A stretch of 64,000 bases of DNA, taken from assembly GCA_042216675.1 (NCBI GenBank), contig JBDGTS010000007.1:45457-109456 (forward strand). Reading direction: 5' to 3'. The notes below the pieces were generated by a model. The model worked only from the letters and a program-made list of their open reading frames with translations, was not told the origin of the DNA and searched no databases. Every line of letters starts with the position of its first letter. Positions within the stretch are counted from its first letter, which is position 1. The DNA comes from Halobacteriaceae archaeon (lineage in GTDB: Archaea > Halobacteriota > Halobacteria > Halobacteriales > Halobacteriaceae). Below are positions 47,812 through 56,553 of the stretch, piece after piece. Position numbers and translations under genes: made by a program.

Positions 47812-49769
47812 TGGACGTCGACGCGATTATTCACAAGACCGGACTGGCAATCGGCGGCGCCGTGTTGGGACTGGGCTTCGTCGCCCTGTTCCTGACTGAC
47901 TTCGGCACGTCGCTCCCTGTCAGCCTGTATATCGCCCAGTTCGCAGCCGTCGTCGGCATGGTCATCGCCGGGTTCACGGTTCGGAACCGCTACAACGCGT
48001 CGCTGCGGAACATCCTCATCCCCGAGGTCGAGTATCCGCTCGCGACGCCCGCGCCCGGTGACGACCTCGACGACATGCTGTACCGGCTGACGGAGCTTCG
48101 CGAATCCACCATCGAGTACCGCGACCAGATTCGCGAGCAGGTCGGCGAGGTGGCCATCGCGGTCATCCGCCAGCGCGAGGAGTGCAGCCGCGAGGAGGCC
48201 ATCGAGCGCCTCAAGAGCGGGTCGTGGACGGACAGCACCACGGCCGCGAACTTCTTCGTCGAGGGCGGCGTCGAGGAGTCCCAGTCGCTGTCGACCCAGA
48301 TCCAGCGCCGCCTGTTCGGTACGAAGTCCGCCTTCGAGCGCCAACTGGAGGAGACGGTGTCGGCGCTCGAAGAGCACGCGGCCTTCATCGAGGACCTGCC
48401 CGAGGTAGATGACGAGGACGCCGAACAGCGCGCACTGCGCTCGAACGCGCTCGTCGACCCCGACGAGGGGAAGTGGATCACCGACACGGTTCGCTACCGC
48501 AGTCTGCTCCGAACGCACCTCTGGAGCGGCGTCACGGCGTTCGCGCTGCTCGCCGTCGCAGTCGGCGCGTTCTCCGCACAGCCCGCAGTGCTGCTGTCGA
48601 GCGTCGTCGCACTCGGCATCGCCGGCTACTCCCGTGTCACGTCCGCGCCGGACCTCGCGGCCCTCGACGTCGAGCGCACCCTCGAAGACAGTTCGCCCAA
48701 ACCCGGCGACGAAGTCGAAGTGCAGGTGGAAGTGACGAACACGGGCAACACGTTCCTCACCGACCTGCGGCTGGCGGACCGCGTCCCGCCGACGATGCGC
48801 GTCGTCGAGGGGTCGCCCCGCCTCGGCACCGCGCTCCGGCCCGGCCAGAGCGCGCACTTCGAGTACACCGTCGTCGCCGACCGCGGACAGCACACGTGGC
48901 CCCTGCAGGTCGTGGGCCGCGACATCTCCGGGGCATCGGAGCGGGAGGCCTACATCGACGCCGACGCAGAGATGGAGTGTGCCCCGCGCCTGAAGACGGC
49001 CATCGAGACGCCCGTCCGGATGCAGACGTCGATGTACTCCGGACAGGTCAGCACGGACATCGGCGGCGGCGGACTGGAGTTCCACTCGATTCGGGACTAC
49101 CAGCCCGGCGACCCGATGCGCCGCATCAACTGGAAGCAGTTCGCTCGCACGGGCGAGTTCTCGACCATCGACATGCGCGAGGAGCGCGCGGCGAAGGTGG
49201 TGCTGATGTTCGACGCTCGCGAATCCGCCTACGTCTCGCCAGCGCCGGGCCAGCGCCACGCGCTCGACCGCTCGGTCGAGGCGTCCTACGACGTGTTCGC
49301 CTCGCTCATCGACGCCGGTCACCTCGTCGGCTTCGCGGCCTTCGACACGGTGCCGATGTGGATGGGGCCGAACACGGGCGACCAGCACATGGAGCGCGCA
49401 CGCCGGATGTTCGTCGACCACCCGGCCATCTCCCCGCTCCCGCCGGACGTGCTCGACAAGACCGGCGGCTACGTGGACCCGATGACTCACGTCCGCCGCC
49501 AGCTCCCCAAGAACACGCAGATATTCCTGTTCTCCCCGCTCACGGAGGACTTCGTGTACGAGGTCGCGCGGCGTCTCGACGGCGCGGGCCATCTCGTGAC
49601 CATCATCAGTCCGGACCCGACGTCGAGTCGGACGCTGGGCCAGCGGCTCGCGCGCCTCGAACGCAAGTCCCGCGTCGTGCGGCTCCGGGAACACGGCATC
49701 CGCGTCATCGACTGGGGGCCGGACAACTCGCTCCAACTTGAACTCGAACACGCGACCCGGAGGTGGTAA
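47811..49769 (+). CDS. DUF58 domain protein (MoxR-associated) with N-terminal membrane extension
   Basis: G.EFHSIRDYQPGDPMRRINWK; vWA-like C-terminus. Confidence 0.88.
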   Translation: MDVDAIIHKTGLAIGGAVLGLGFVALFLTDFGTSLPVSLYIAQFAAVVGMVIAGFTVRNRYNASLRNILIPEVEYPLATPAPGDDLDDMLYRLTELRESTIEYRDQIREQVGEVAIAVIRQREECSREEAIERLKSGSWTDSTTAANFFVEGGVEESQSLSTQIQRRLFGTKSAFERQLEETVSALEEHAAFIEDLPEVDDEDAEQRALRSNALVDPDEGKWITDTVRYRSLLRTHLWSGVTAFALLAVAVGAFSAQPAVLLSSVVALGIAGYSRVTSAPDLAALDVERTLEDSSPKPGDEVEVQVEVTNTGNTFLTDLRLADRVPPTMRVVEGSPRLGTALRPGQSAHFEYTVVADRGQHTWPLQVVGRDISGASEREAYIDADAEMECAPRLKTAIETPVRMQTSMYSGQVSTDIGGGGLEFHSIRDYQPGDPMRRINWKQFARTGEFSTIDMREERAAKVVLMFDARESAYVSPAPGQRHALDRSVEASYDVFASLIDAGHLVGFAAFDTVPMWMGPNTGDQHMERARRMFVDHPAISPLPPDVLDKTGGYVDPMTHVRRQLPKNTQIFLFSPLTEDFVYEVARRLDGAGHLVTIISPDPTSSRTLGQRLARLERKSRVVRLREHGIRVIDWGPDNSLQLELEHATRRW

Positions 49770-49772
49770 CTA

Positions 49773-50351
49773 ATGAGTCAATCTACAGAAATCGAGCCGA
49801 ACGCAGTCGAAGCCGAAGCGGAGGAGGTGCCGACTCAAGAGAAGGAGACGGTCACGGTGGAACACAGTCCGCCGCGACTGAGCAGCGGCATCGCCCTCGG
49901 GTCGGTGTTCCTCGGGGTCCTGCTGACGGGACCGTTCAACCTCGTCGCGGCCATGTTCGGCGTCGCGAGTCTGGCGCTGGTCGCCGGGAGCCTGTTCCTG
50001 CGGCAGTCGCGGGGCTACCTCTCGGTGGGCGTCGGGTTCGCGCTGTTCGGCACGCTGGTGGCGGGTGGCTTCGGTGCGGTGCCGCCCATCTTCATGCTCG
50101 TCGCCGTGTCGTCCATCCTCGTCGGCTGGGCCGTCGGGCAAAACGGGCTTTCCATCGGCGAACAGCTCGGAAGCAACACGAAGACGCGACGGCTCGAACT
50201 CACGTACGCCGGCGTGACGATGCTGACCGTCGCGGCCATCGACGTCGTCGCGATGGCGGTGTTCCAGCTGTCGGGCTCCGGACGCCCCGAACCCGCAGTC
50301 GCGCTGGTCATCGTCGGCGCCATCGTCCTGATGTGGACGCTGGGCGAGTAG
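49773..50351 (+). CDS. Hypothetical integral membrane protein of the MoxR cluster
   Basis: About 6 TM segments with an IGEQLG...TRRLE motif. Confidence 0.75.
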   Translation: MSQSTEIEPNAVEAEAEEVPTQEKETVTVEHSPPRLSSGIALGSVFLGVLLTGPFNLVAAMFGVASLALVAGSLFLRQSRGYLSVGVGFALFGTLVAGGFGAVPPIFMLVAVSSILVGWAVGQNGLSIGEQLGSNTKTRRLELTYAGVTMLTVAAIDVVAMAVFQLSGSGRPEPAVALVIVGAIVLMWTLGE

Positions 50352-50395
50352 ACACGGCACACGTTCTCGAACCGTAATCATCTTACTGCTGATTC

Positions 50396-51067
50396 GTGAA
50401 GGCCCGGACGCAAATGGTCCGAGAACTCGTCACCGACCCGCAGGCCTTCTTCAAGGGGAAGGCGCAGAACCGCAGCGTCGTGCTGGAGGTAGTTATCGTT
50501 CTCGCCGTCGGCGGCATCGGCATCATCGGCTCGTACTACTTCGCCCAGCGCGTCTTCGACCTCGCGACGACAGGCGGCTACTCGAACTTTCAGGCACTGG
50601 GGCTGGTGATCCGACCGCTACTCGGCATCGTCGGGCTCTGGATCGGAGGCGTGTTCATCGCTCACTTCCTGGCGGGCTTGTTCAACGGTCGGGGTCCGAT
50701 CCGTCGGCTGCTCAAACTCTCGGCCTGGGCGATGGTCCCTCTTGCGGTGGGGAACGCCGTCCGGTCGGCCGCCGTGTATCTCACCTACAACAACATCCAG
50801 GCCGACGACGTCGACTTCGGCTTCGCTGGCGGGTTCAACGAGCAGGCCGCGGTGCTGCGGGCGGAAATCACGAACACGCCCCTCATGCTCGTCGCGATGG
50901 TCGTGAGCATCCTCTCCGGCGTCGCGATGTGGTACCTCCTCAGTTACGCCGTCGCGGCGGCGAAGAGCATCGACGTCAGCGACGCGCGAAAGGTGGCCGC
51001 CGTCCCGGCCGGCATATACATCCTCTTCCTCCTGAACGAGACGCTCTCGAGCCTCGGCGTCCTCTGA
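50396..51067 (+). CDS. Yip1-family membrane protein
   Basis: LVTDP..FF N-terminus, about 5 TM segments and W..VP. Start is GTG 50396 or ATG 50414. Confidence 0.7.
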   Translation: MKARTQMVRELVTDPQAFFKGKAQNRSVVLEVVIVLAVGGIGIIGSYYFAQRVFDLATTGGYSNFQALGLVIRPLLGIVGLWIGGVFIAHFLAGLFNGRGPIRRLLKLSAWAMVPLAVGNAVRSAAVYLTYNNIQADDVDFGFAGGFNEQAAVLRAEITNTPLMLVAMVVSILSGVAMWYLLSYAVAAAKSIDVSDARKVAAVPAGIYILFLLNETLSSLGVL

Positions 51068-51106
51068 GACGAGGCTTTTTGACGCTCCCCGTCGTGTACA
51101 GTGGCG

Positions 51107-51304
51107 ATGGGGCTCTTCGACAAACTCCGCGACGCGTTCGGGCGTAGCGCCAGCCAGACTGGAGAGGAGCCCGAACCGGAGTACCGGTGTCTCCAGTGTG
51201 GCGCGGGCTACGACAGAAAGCACGCCGTCTGCTCTGACTGTGGAAGCGAGTTCATCGCGCCCACGAACCCCGACGACGACGCGGAAGAGGAGATGACGGA
51301 GTAG
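51107..51304 (+). CDS. Small CxxCG zinc-finger protein
   Basis: YRCLQCG...CSDCG with acidic tail. Confidence 0.7.
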   Translation: MGLFDKLRDAFGRSASQTGEEPEPEYRCLQCGAGYDRKHAVCSDCGSEFIAPTNPDDDAEEEMTE

Positions 51305-53500
51305 TCAGTTCGGCGCGACGAGTTCGACCGGATGGCGGGCCGGCCGCCGGAGCAAGTCGTTCAACTGGTCGAGACAGGACGTGCCGCTGGCGACCACGGT
51401 GCGGTCGCTGTCTCCGAACCCGTCCTGTTCGCGGAGTCGCTCGCCCACGTCGACGCTGAGTTCGTAGTACTCCTCCTTGTAGCCGAAACTACCGGCCATG
51501 CCACAACACTCCACGTCGGAGGTGACGACGTCGTAGCCGAGGCCGTCGAGAACGGCGACGGTCTGGCCTTCGAGACCGAGGGTGCGCTGCTGGCAGTGAC
51601 TGTGGTAGGCAACCTCGCGGTCGGCCGCCGTCGGTCCTCGGAGCGCGTCGGGGTCACAGCCGTTCTCGAGGAGGCCGTAGACGTACTCCATGATCTCGTA
51701 GGAGTCCTCGGAGAGCGCCTCGTAGGCCTCGGGGTGGAGGTTCGCGTAGTCGTTGCGGAACATCGCGAGGTCCGAGGGCTCGATGACGACGACGTCACGG
51801 CCCACCTCAACGTAGGAGGCGAGCGTGCGGTACGCCTCGTCGGCCTTCTCGCGGGCGGTGTCGATCATGCCCTGCGAGAGCGGTGCGCGGCCGCTGGCGC
51901 CCGCGTCGGGCACCACCACGTCCACGCCGAGGGCGTTGAGCGTCTTCACCGCGGCCTTCCCGCGGTCCACGTCGACGTAGTTCGTGTACACGTCGGGGTA
52001 GAGCGCCACCTCGCGCACGGGGTCCGCGACGCTCGTGTCGCGGTCGGCCACCCAGTCGCGGAGCGTCTCGCGCTGGAACTCGGGGAGCGGGCGCCGCCTG
52101 TCGACGCCGGCGATGCGCTCCATCAGCGCGCGGTTCGGGCCGAAGTCCGCCAGCCAGTTCGAGAGCGGCGCGGTGGCGCTCCCGAGTTTCGCGAGCGTCT
52201 CGAAGTTGCCGAAGACGCGCTTCTGCAGGTCGACACCGCCGCCCTCCTCGTCGGGGGTCAGCCCCTCGACGAGGAAGTCGAACTTGTCGGTGTCCTCGGC
52301 GCTGTTGAGCCGGTCCCGAACGACCGTGTTTATCCACGGGATGTCGATTTTGACCGGGCAGGCCTCCTGACACCGGGAACAGCCGGTACAGAAGTCGTTG
52401 AAGTCGTCGGCGCTGTCGAGACCGTGGACGCCGGCCTCCCACCCGGTGGCGATGCCGCCCGAATACGTTTCGCCGCCGAAGGCGTGGCCGCCGACGCTCT
52501 GGAAGTTCGCGCAGACGTTCGCGCAGGCCGAACACCGGATGCAGTACAGCGTCTCCTTGAGGTGTTCGTCCTCGCGCATGTCGAGGCGGCCGTTGTCGAT
52601 GAGGACCAGATGGAAGTCCCTGTCGTCGGCGTCACCGAGTTCGTCGTCCACGAAGTCCAGCGTCGGGGACTCCGTGGGTGGCGTGAACAGGGAGATGTAG
52701 GCCGTGATGTCCTGCCCCGTCCCCGACCGGCCGATGAGTTCGACGAACGGTTGGAGGTCCTCGACGCTCGGCAGGATTTTCTCGACCCCGGCGACGGCGA
52801 CGTGCGTGTCGGGGACGAGGGCGCTCTTCCGAGCGTTCCCCTCGCTGGTGACGAGCGCCATGCTTCCGGAGTCGGCGGTGAGGAAGTTCGCGCCGGTCAT
52901 GCCCACGTCGGCGCTCCGAATCTCCTCCCACAGCTTGTCGCTGGCGAACTGCGTGAGTTCCCCCGCGCTCTCGAGTTCCTGCTCGGGGTCGAAGCGCTCG
53001 TTGAACAGGTCCGCGATGGCGTCGCGGGACTTGTGGATTGCGGGCGCGACGATGTGGGAGGGCGACTCGTCGGCCACCTGTAGGACCCACTCGCCGAGGT
53101 CAGTCTCCACGACGTCGACGCCGCTCTCCGCGAGATGTTCGTTGACCTCGATCTCCTCGCTCGTCATCGACTTCGACTTCACGAGGGTCTCGGCATCCTC
53201 GTCCTCGCACAGTTCCTCGACGTAGCGGTTCGCGTCTTCGGCGTCGTCGGCGAGGTAGACGGTGCCGCCGTTCGCCTCGACGGCCTCGGTGAGTTCGTCG
53301 ATGAGTTCCGGCAGGCGCGCGATGGCGTCCTCCTTGATGGCGCGGGCCTCGTCTTTGAGCCCCTCGTAGTCGTCGAGTTTGTCGACAGACTCGTAGCGGC
53401 CCTCGTTGAAGCCCATCGTGTTCTCCTCGACGGCGGGTCCCTCCGTCGCGAGGAGTTCCCGAATCTTCTCGGCCTTGGCGTCGCGCGAGAGCGAACTCAT
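51305..53500 (-). CDS. lutB: L-lactate utilisation protein LutB/LudB (LUD + 4Fe-4S + CCG domains)
   Basis: KSKSMTSEEI, ETDLGE, PSHIVAPAIH, CIRCSAC..VC, CTGCSRC..ACPVKI, HSHC and CCGMAGSFG. Confidence 0.9.
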   Translation of the reverse strand: MSSLSRDAKAEKIRELLATEGPAVEENTMGFNEGRYESVDKLDDYEGLKDEARAIKEDAIARLPELIDELTEAVEANGGTVYLADDAEDANRYVEELCEDEDAETLVKSKSMTSEEIEVNEHLAESGVDVVETDLGEWVLQVADESPSHIVAPAIHKSRDAIADLFNERFDPEQELESAGELTQFASDKLWEEIRSADVGMTGANFLTADSGSMALVTSEGNARKSALVPDTHVAVAGVEKILPSVEDLQPFVELIGRSGTGQDITAYISLFTPPTESPTLDFVDDELGDADDRDFHLVLIDNGRLDMREDEHLKETLYCIRCSACANVCANFQSVGGHAFGGETYSGGIATGWEAGVHGLDSADDFNDFCTGCSRCQEACPVKIDIPWINTVVRDRLNSAEDTDKFDFLVEGLTPDEEGGGVDLQKRVFGNFETLAKLGSATAPLSNWLADFGPNRALMERIAGVDRRRPLPEFQRETLRDWVADRDTSVADPVREVALYPDVYTNYVDVDRGKAAVKTLNALGVDVVVPDAGASGRAPLSQGMIDTAREKADEAYRTLASYVEVGRDVVVIEPSDLAMFRNDYANLHPEAYEALSEDSYEIMEYVYGLLENGCDPDALRGPTAADREVAYHSHCQQRTLGLEGQTVAVLDGLGYDVVTSDVECCGMAGSFGYKEEYYELSVDVGERLREQDGFGDSDRTVVASGTSCLDQLNDLLRRPARHPVELVAPN

Positions 53501-54012
53501 GGCTCTTCCTCCACGATGACGACGTGAACGCGTGCGGGACCGTGGGCGCCCAACACCAAGTCGCCCATGTCCGCGGTGGCGCTGGGGCCGGTGGCGATGA
53601 CCGCGCTCCCGCCGTCACGGAGTAGGTCCCCCAACTCGTCGAACGCGGCGGGCATGTCCGGGTGGACGTCCGCGGCCCGGACGACGGCGACGTGCTCCTC
53701 GGGGAACAGACTCGACTGCTCGACGCCGTCGGGCGTCGATTCGAGGACGACGCTCCCGTAGTCGGCGATGCCGCACCGCGCGGCCGTAACCCCGGTAGCC
53801 GCGGCTTCGAGGTCGCTCGGCGTGGGGTCTGTCTCCACCGACCCCGGAAGCGACAGGTCCGCGAACGGAAGCGGGGCGCCCACGGCGGGCGCATCGACCA
53901 CGTCCGAAAGCACGTCGACGAACTCCGACGGCGTCGTCGTCGTGTGGTCGGCGCTCACCCGGTCGAGCGAGGCGCGGAACGCGTCGACGACCCCTGACTG
54001 TGTGGCTGACAT
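53497..54012 (-). CDS. lutC: LUD-domain lactate utilisation protein LutC/LudC
   Basis: IADYGSV, SLFPE.HVAV and TGPSATADMG.LV.GAHGP. ATG at 54012. Confidence 0.88.
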   Translation of the reverse strand: MSATQSGVVDAFRASLDRVSADHTTTTPSEFVDVLSDVVDAPAVGAPLPFADLSLPGSVETDPTPSDLEAAATGVTAARCGIADYGSVVLESTPDGVEQSSLFPEEHVAVVRAADVHPDMPAAFDELGDLLRDGGSAVIATGPSATADMGDLVLGAHGPARVHVVIVEEEP

Positions 54013-54115
54013 GGATACTCGTATCACCCGGAACTATTCGGGGCGTGGCTTTAGTCCTTGTCTCACGGGGCCGGCGACCCGCGCTTTTATCGGGTGGACG
54101 CTCGGGGGTACGGGC

Positions 54116-55777
54116 ATGGTTCGCACCTTCGACCCGTCGCGCACCCGACGCCGGCGAACGCTGGACGGCGAGTGGGACTTCGTGACGGACCCCGACGGCG
54201 ACGGCATCGACCGCGGCCATCCCGACGGACTGCCCGACGACGCGGACAGCCTCGTCGTGCCGTCGCCGTGGAACGTCGACCCGGCCTACCACGGGTACGA
54301 GGGCGTCGGCTGGTACGAGACCGGTTTCGAGGTGACCCGCGCGGGGCCGGTCCGAATGGTCCTCCACGGCGTCTGCCACGACGCGACAGTTTGGATCGAC
54401 GGCGACCGAGTCGCCGACCACTACGGCGGCTACACGCCCATCGAGGTCATCGCATCGCTCGACCGCGGCCGGCACTCCGTCGTCGTCCGCGCGGACAGCA
54501 GTCGCGACGACACCTCGATTCCCAAGCCGGGCACCGACTGGTTCCCCTACGGCGGCATCACGCGCGAGGTGGTCGTCGAGGAAGTCCCGAAGACGCGCGT
54601 CGCGGGCCTCGACGTGACGTACGACCTCGACGGCGACGAGGCGGCGCTCACCGCGGCGGTGACAGTCGCCAACGACGGCCCGACGCGCGAGGAGACGGTG
54701 GCCGCGGAACTCGCGGGCGACCGGGTGTCGGAGACCGTGACGCTCCCCGCCGACGGCGAGACGACGGTGGCGCTCGACCACACACTCGCCGTCGAGCGCT
54801 GGACGCTGGACGACCCGACGCTGTACACCGTCACCGCGACCGTCGGCGACGACGAACGCCGGGAGCGGGTGGGCTTCCGCACCGTCTCCGTCACCGACAG
54901 CGACGTCCTCGTCAACGGCGACGCGGTGCCACTTCGGGGGGTCAACCGCCACGAGGACCACCCCGAGTGGGGCCACGCCCAACCCGAGCGGATTCAGGCC
55001 CGCGACCTCTCGCTCATCGAGTCGATGGGCGGGAACTTCGTCCGGACGAGTCACTACCCGAATCACCCCCGTCTGCTGGACCTGTGTGACGAACGCGGCC
55101 TCCTCGTGATGGAGGAACTGCCCTACTGGCAGTTCAGCGGTGCGCGCTTCTCCCGCGACCCGGTGCTCGCCCGCGGAAAGACGATGCTCCGCGAAATGAT
55201 AGCGCGGGACCGGACCCACCCCGCCATCGTCGCGTGGGGCCTCACCAACGAGTGCGCCGGCCACGAAGACGCCGTCTACGACGCGGTTGGGGACCTCGCC
55301 GGCATCGCCCGGGACCTCGACGACCGGCCGGTGACCCTCGCCTCGATGAACTACCAACCCGACAAGCGCGCTCACGACCCCACCTTCGAGCACTGCGACA
55401 TCGTCTGTCTCAACGGCTATCAGGGCTGGTACACGGAGGGCGACTGGGACGAGATTCTGGACCCGGCGCGCGAGGACTACCCCGAGAAGCCCATCGTCGT
55501 CTCGGAGTTCGGCGCGGGCGCGGTGTACGGCGAGCGGACGTGGGAGAACCAGAAGTGGAGCGAGGGCCATCAGGCCGCGGCGGTCCTCGACGCCGTCGAG
55601 GCGTTCGAGGCCGCGCCGGACGTGGCCGGCTTCGCCGTCTGGCAGTTCTGTGATACGTGGACGACGACAGAGCGATTCGCCGGCCGCCCGAAGGGCAAGA
55701 ACAACAAGGGCCTCGTGGACGAGTACCGCCGCCCGAAGGAAGCCTATCAGCGCCTGCGGGCGTTTCTCACCGACTGA
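54116..55777 (+). CDS. GH2 beta-glucuronidase/galacturonidase
   Basis: DWFPYGGITR, GVNRHED, RTSHYP, NE acid/base, N.Y.GWY, SEFGA and the NNKG (NxKG) uronidase signature. Confidence 0.9.
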   Translation: MVRTFDPSRTRRRRTLDGEWDFVTDPDGDGIDRGHPDGLPDDADSLVVPSPWNVDPAYHGYEGVGWYETGFEVTRAGPVRMVLHGVCHDATVWIDGDRVADHYGGYTPIEVIASLDRGRHSVVVRADSSRDDTSIPKPGTDWFPYGGITREVVVEEVPKTRVAGLDVTYDLDGDEAALTAAVTVANDGPTREETVAAELAGDRVSETVTLPADGETTVALDHTLAVERWTLDDPTLYTVTATVGDDERRERVGFRTVSVTDSDVLVNGDAVPLRGVNRHEDHPEWGHAQPERIQARDLSLIESMGGNFVRTSHYPNHPRLLDLCDERGLLVMEELPYWQFSGARFSRDPVLARGKTMLREMIARDRTHPAIVAWGLTNECAGHEDAVYDAVGDLAGIARDLDDRPVTLASMNYQPDKRAHDPTFEHCDIVCLNGYQGWYTEGDWDEILDPAREDYPEKPIVVSEFGAGAVYGERTWENQKWSEGHQAAAVLDAVEAFEAAPDVAGFAVWQFCDTWTTTERFAGRPKGKNNKGLVDEYRRPKEAYQRLRAFLTD

Positions 55778-55815
55778 CCGACGGCTTCAACACCCAGCGA
55801 GGACTCCCACTCTCC

Positions 55816-56553
55816 ATGACCGACGTGTTCCTCGTCGCGGGACAGAGCAACGCGAACGGCCTCGGTGACCCGGACGCCGCGCCGCCGGGCCCCGACGGCG
55901 CCCGCGAGTACGACCCCGAGGCGGGCACACTCGAACCGCTGTCAGAGCCAGTCGGTCCCGGCGACGGCGGCAGCGCGTGGACGGCGTTCGCCCGCGCCTA
56001 CCGCGACGCGACGGGCCGGCCACTCGTCGTCGTCTCCACCGCCGTCAACGGCGCGGCGCTTCACCCAGACGCGGACGAACACCGCGACGCCGGGGACTGG
56101 CGGCCCGACGGCGAGTACGCGCGCCACGCCGTCTCGGCCGTCGAGGAGTGCATGGCCACACTCGACGACGCCACGTTCCGCGGCGTCCTCTGGCAGCAGG
56201 GCGAGAGCGACGCCATCGCCATCGACGACGGCCATCACAGCCTCGACGCCTACGAGGCGGCGTTCTGGGACCTGCTCTCCTACTTTCGGGACGCCTTCGG
56301 CCCCGAGACGTCGCTGTTCCTGTTCCAAATCGGACGCCGGCGCGACGCGGACACCGACGGCTGGCGGGCGGTGCGGGAGGCACAGGCGGGCTTCGCGGCG
56401 GCCGACGAGAACGTCCACCTCGTCTTCGACGACGCCGTCGCGTTCGGCGAGGACGGGCGGATGCAGGACGTGTACCACTACACGCAGGCCGGCTACGACG
56501 AGATGGGGCGCGTCGGCGGGGCGAACGTCGCCGAAATCGTTCAGCGGTCGTAG
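55816..56553 (+). CDS. SGNH/SASA (CE6-like) O-acetylesterase
   Basis: AGQSNA, W.QGESD and D..H catalytic motifs. ATG at 55816. Confidence 0.85.
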   Translation: MTDVFLVAGQSNANGLGDPDAAPPGPDGAREYDPEAGTLEPLSEPVGPGDGGSAWTAFARAYRDATGRPLVVVSTAVNGAALHPDADEHRDAGDWRPDGEYARHAVSAVEECMATLDDATFRGVLWQQGESDAIAIDDGHHSLDAYEAAFWDLLSYFRDAFGPETSLFLFQIGRRRDADTDGWRAVREAQAGFAAADENVHLVFDDAVAFGEDGRMQDVYHYTQAGYDEMGRVGGANVAEIVQRS

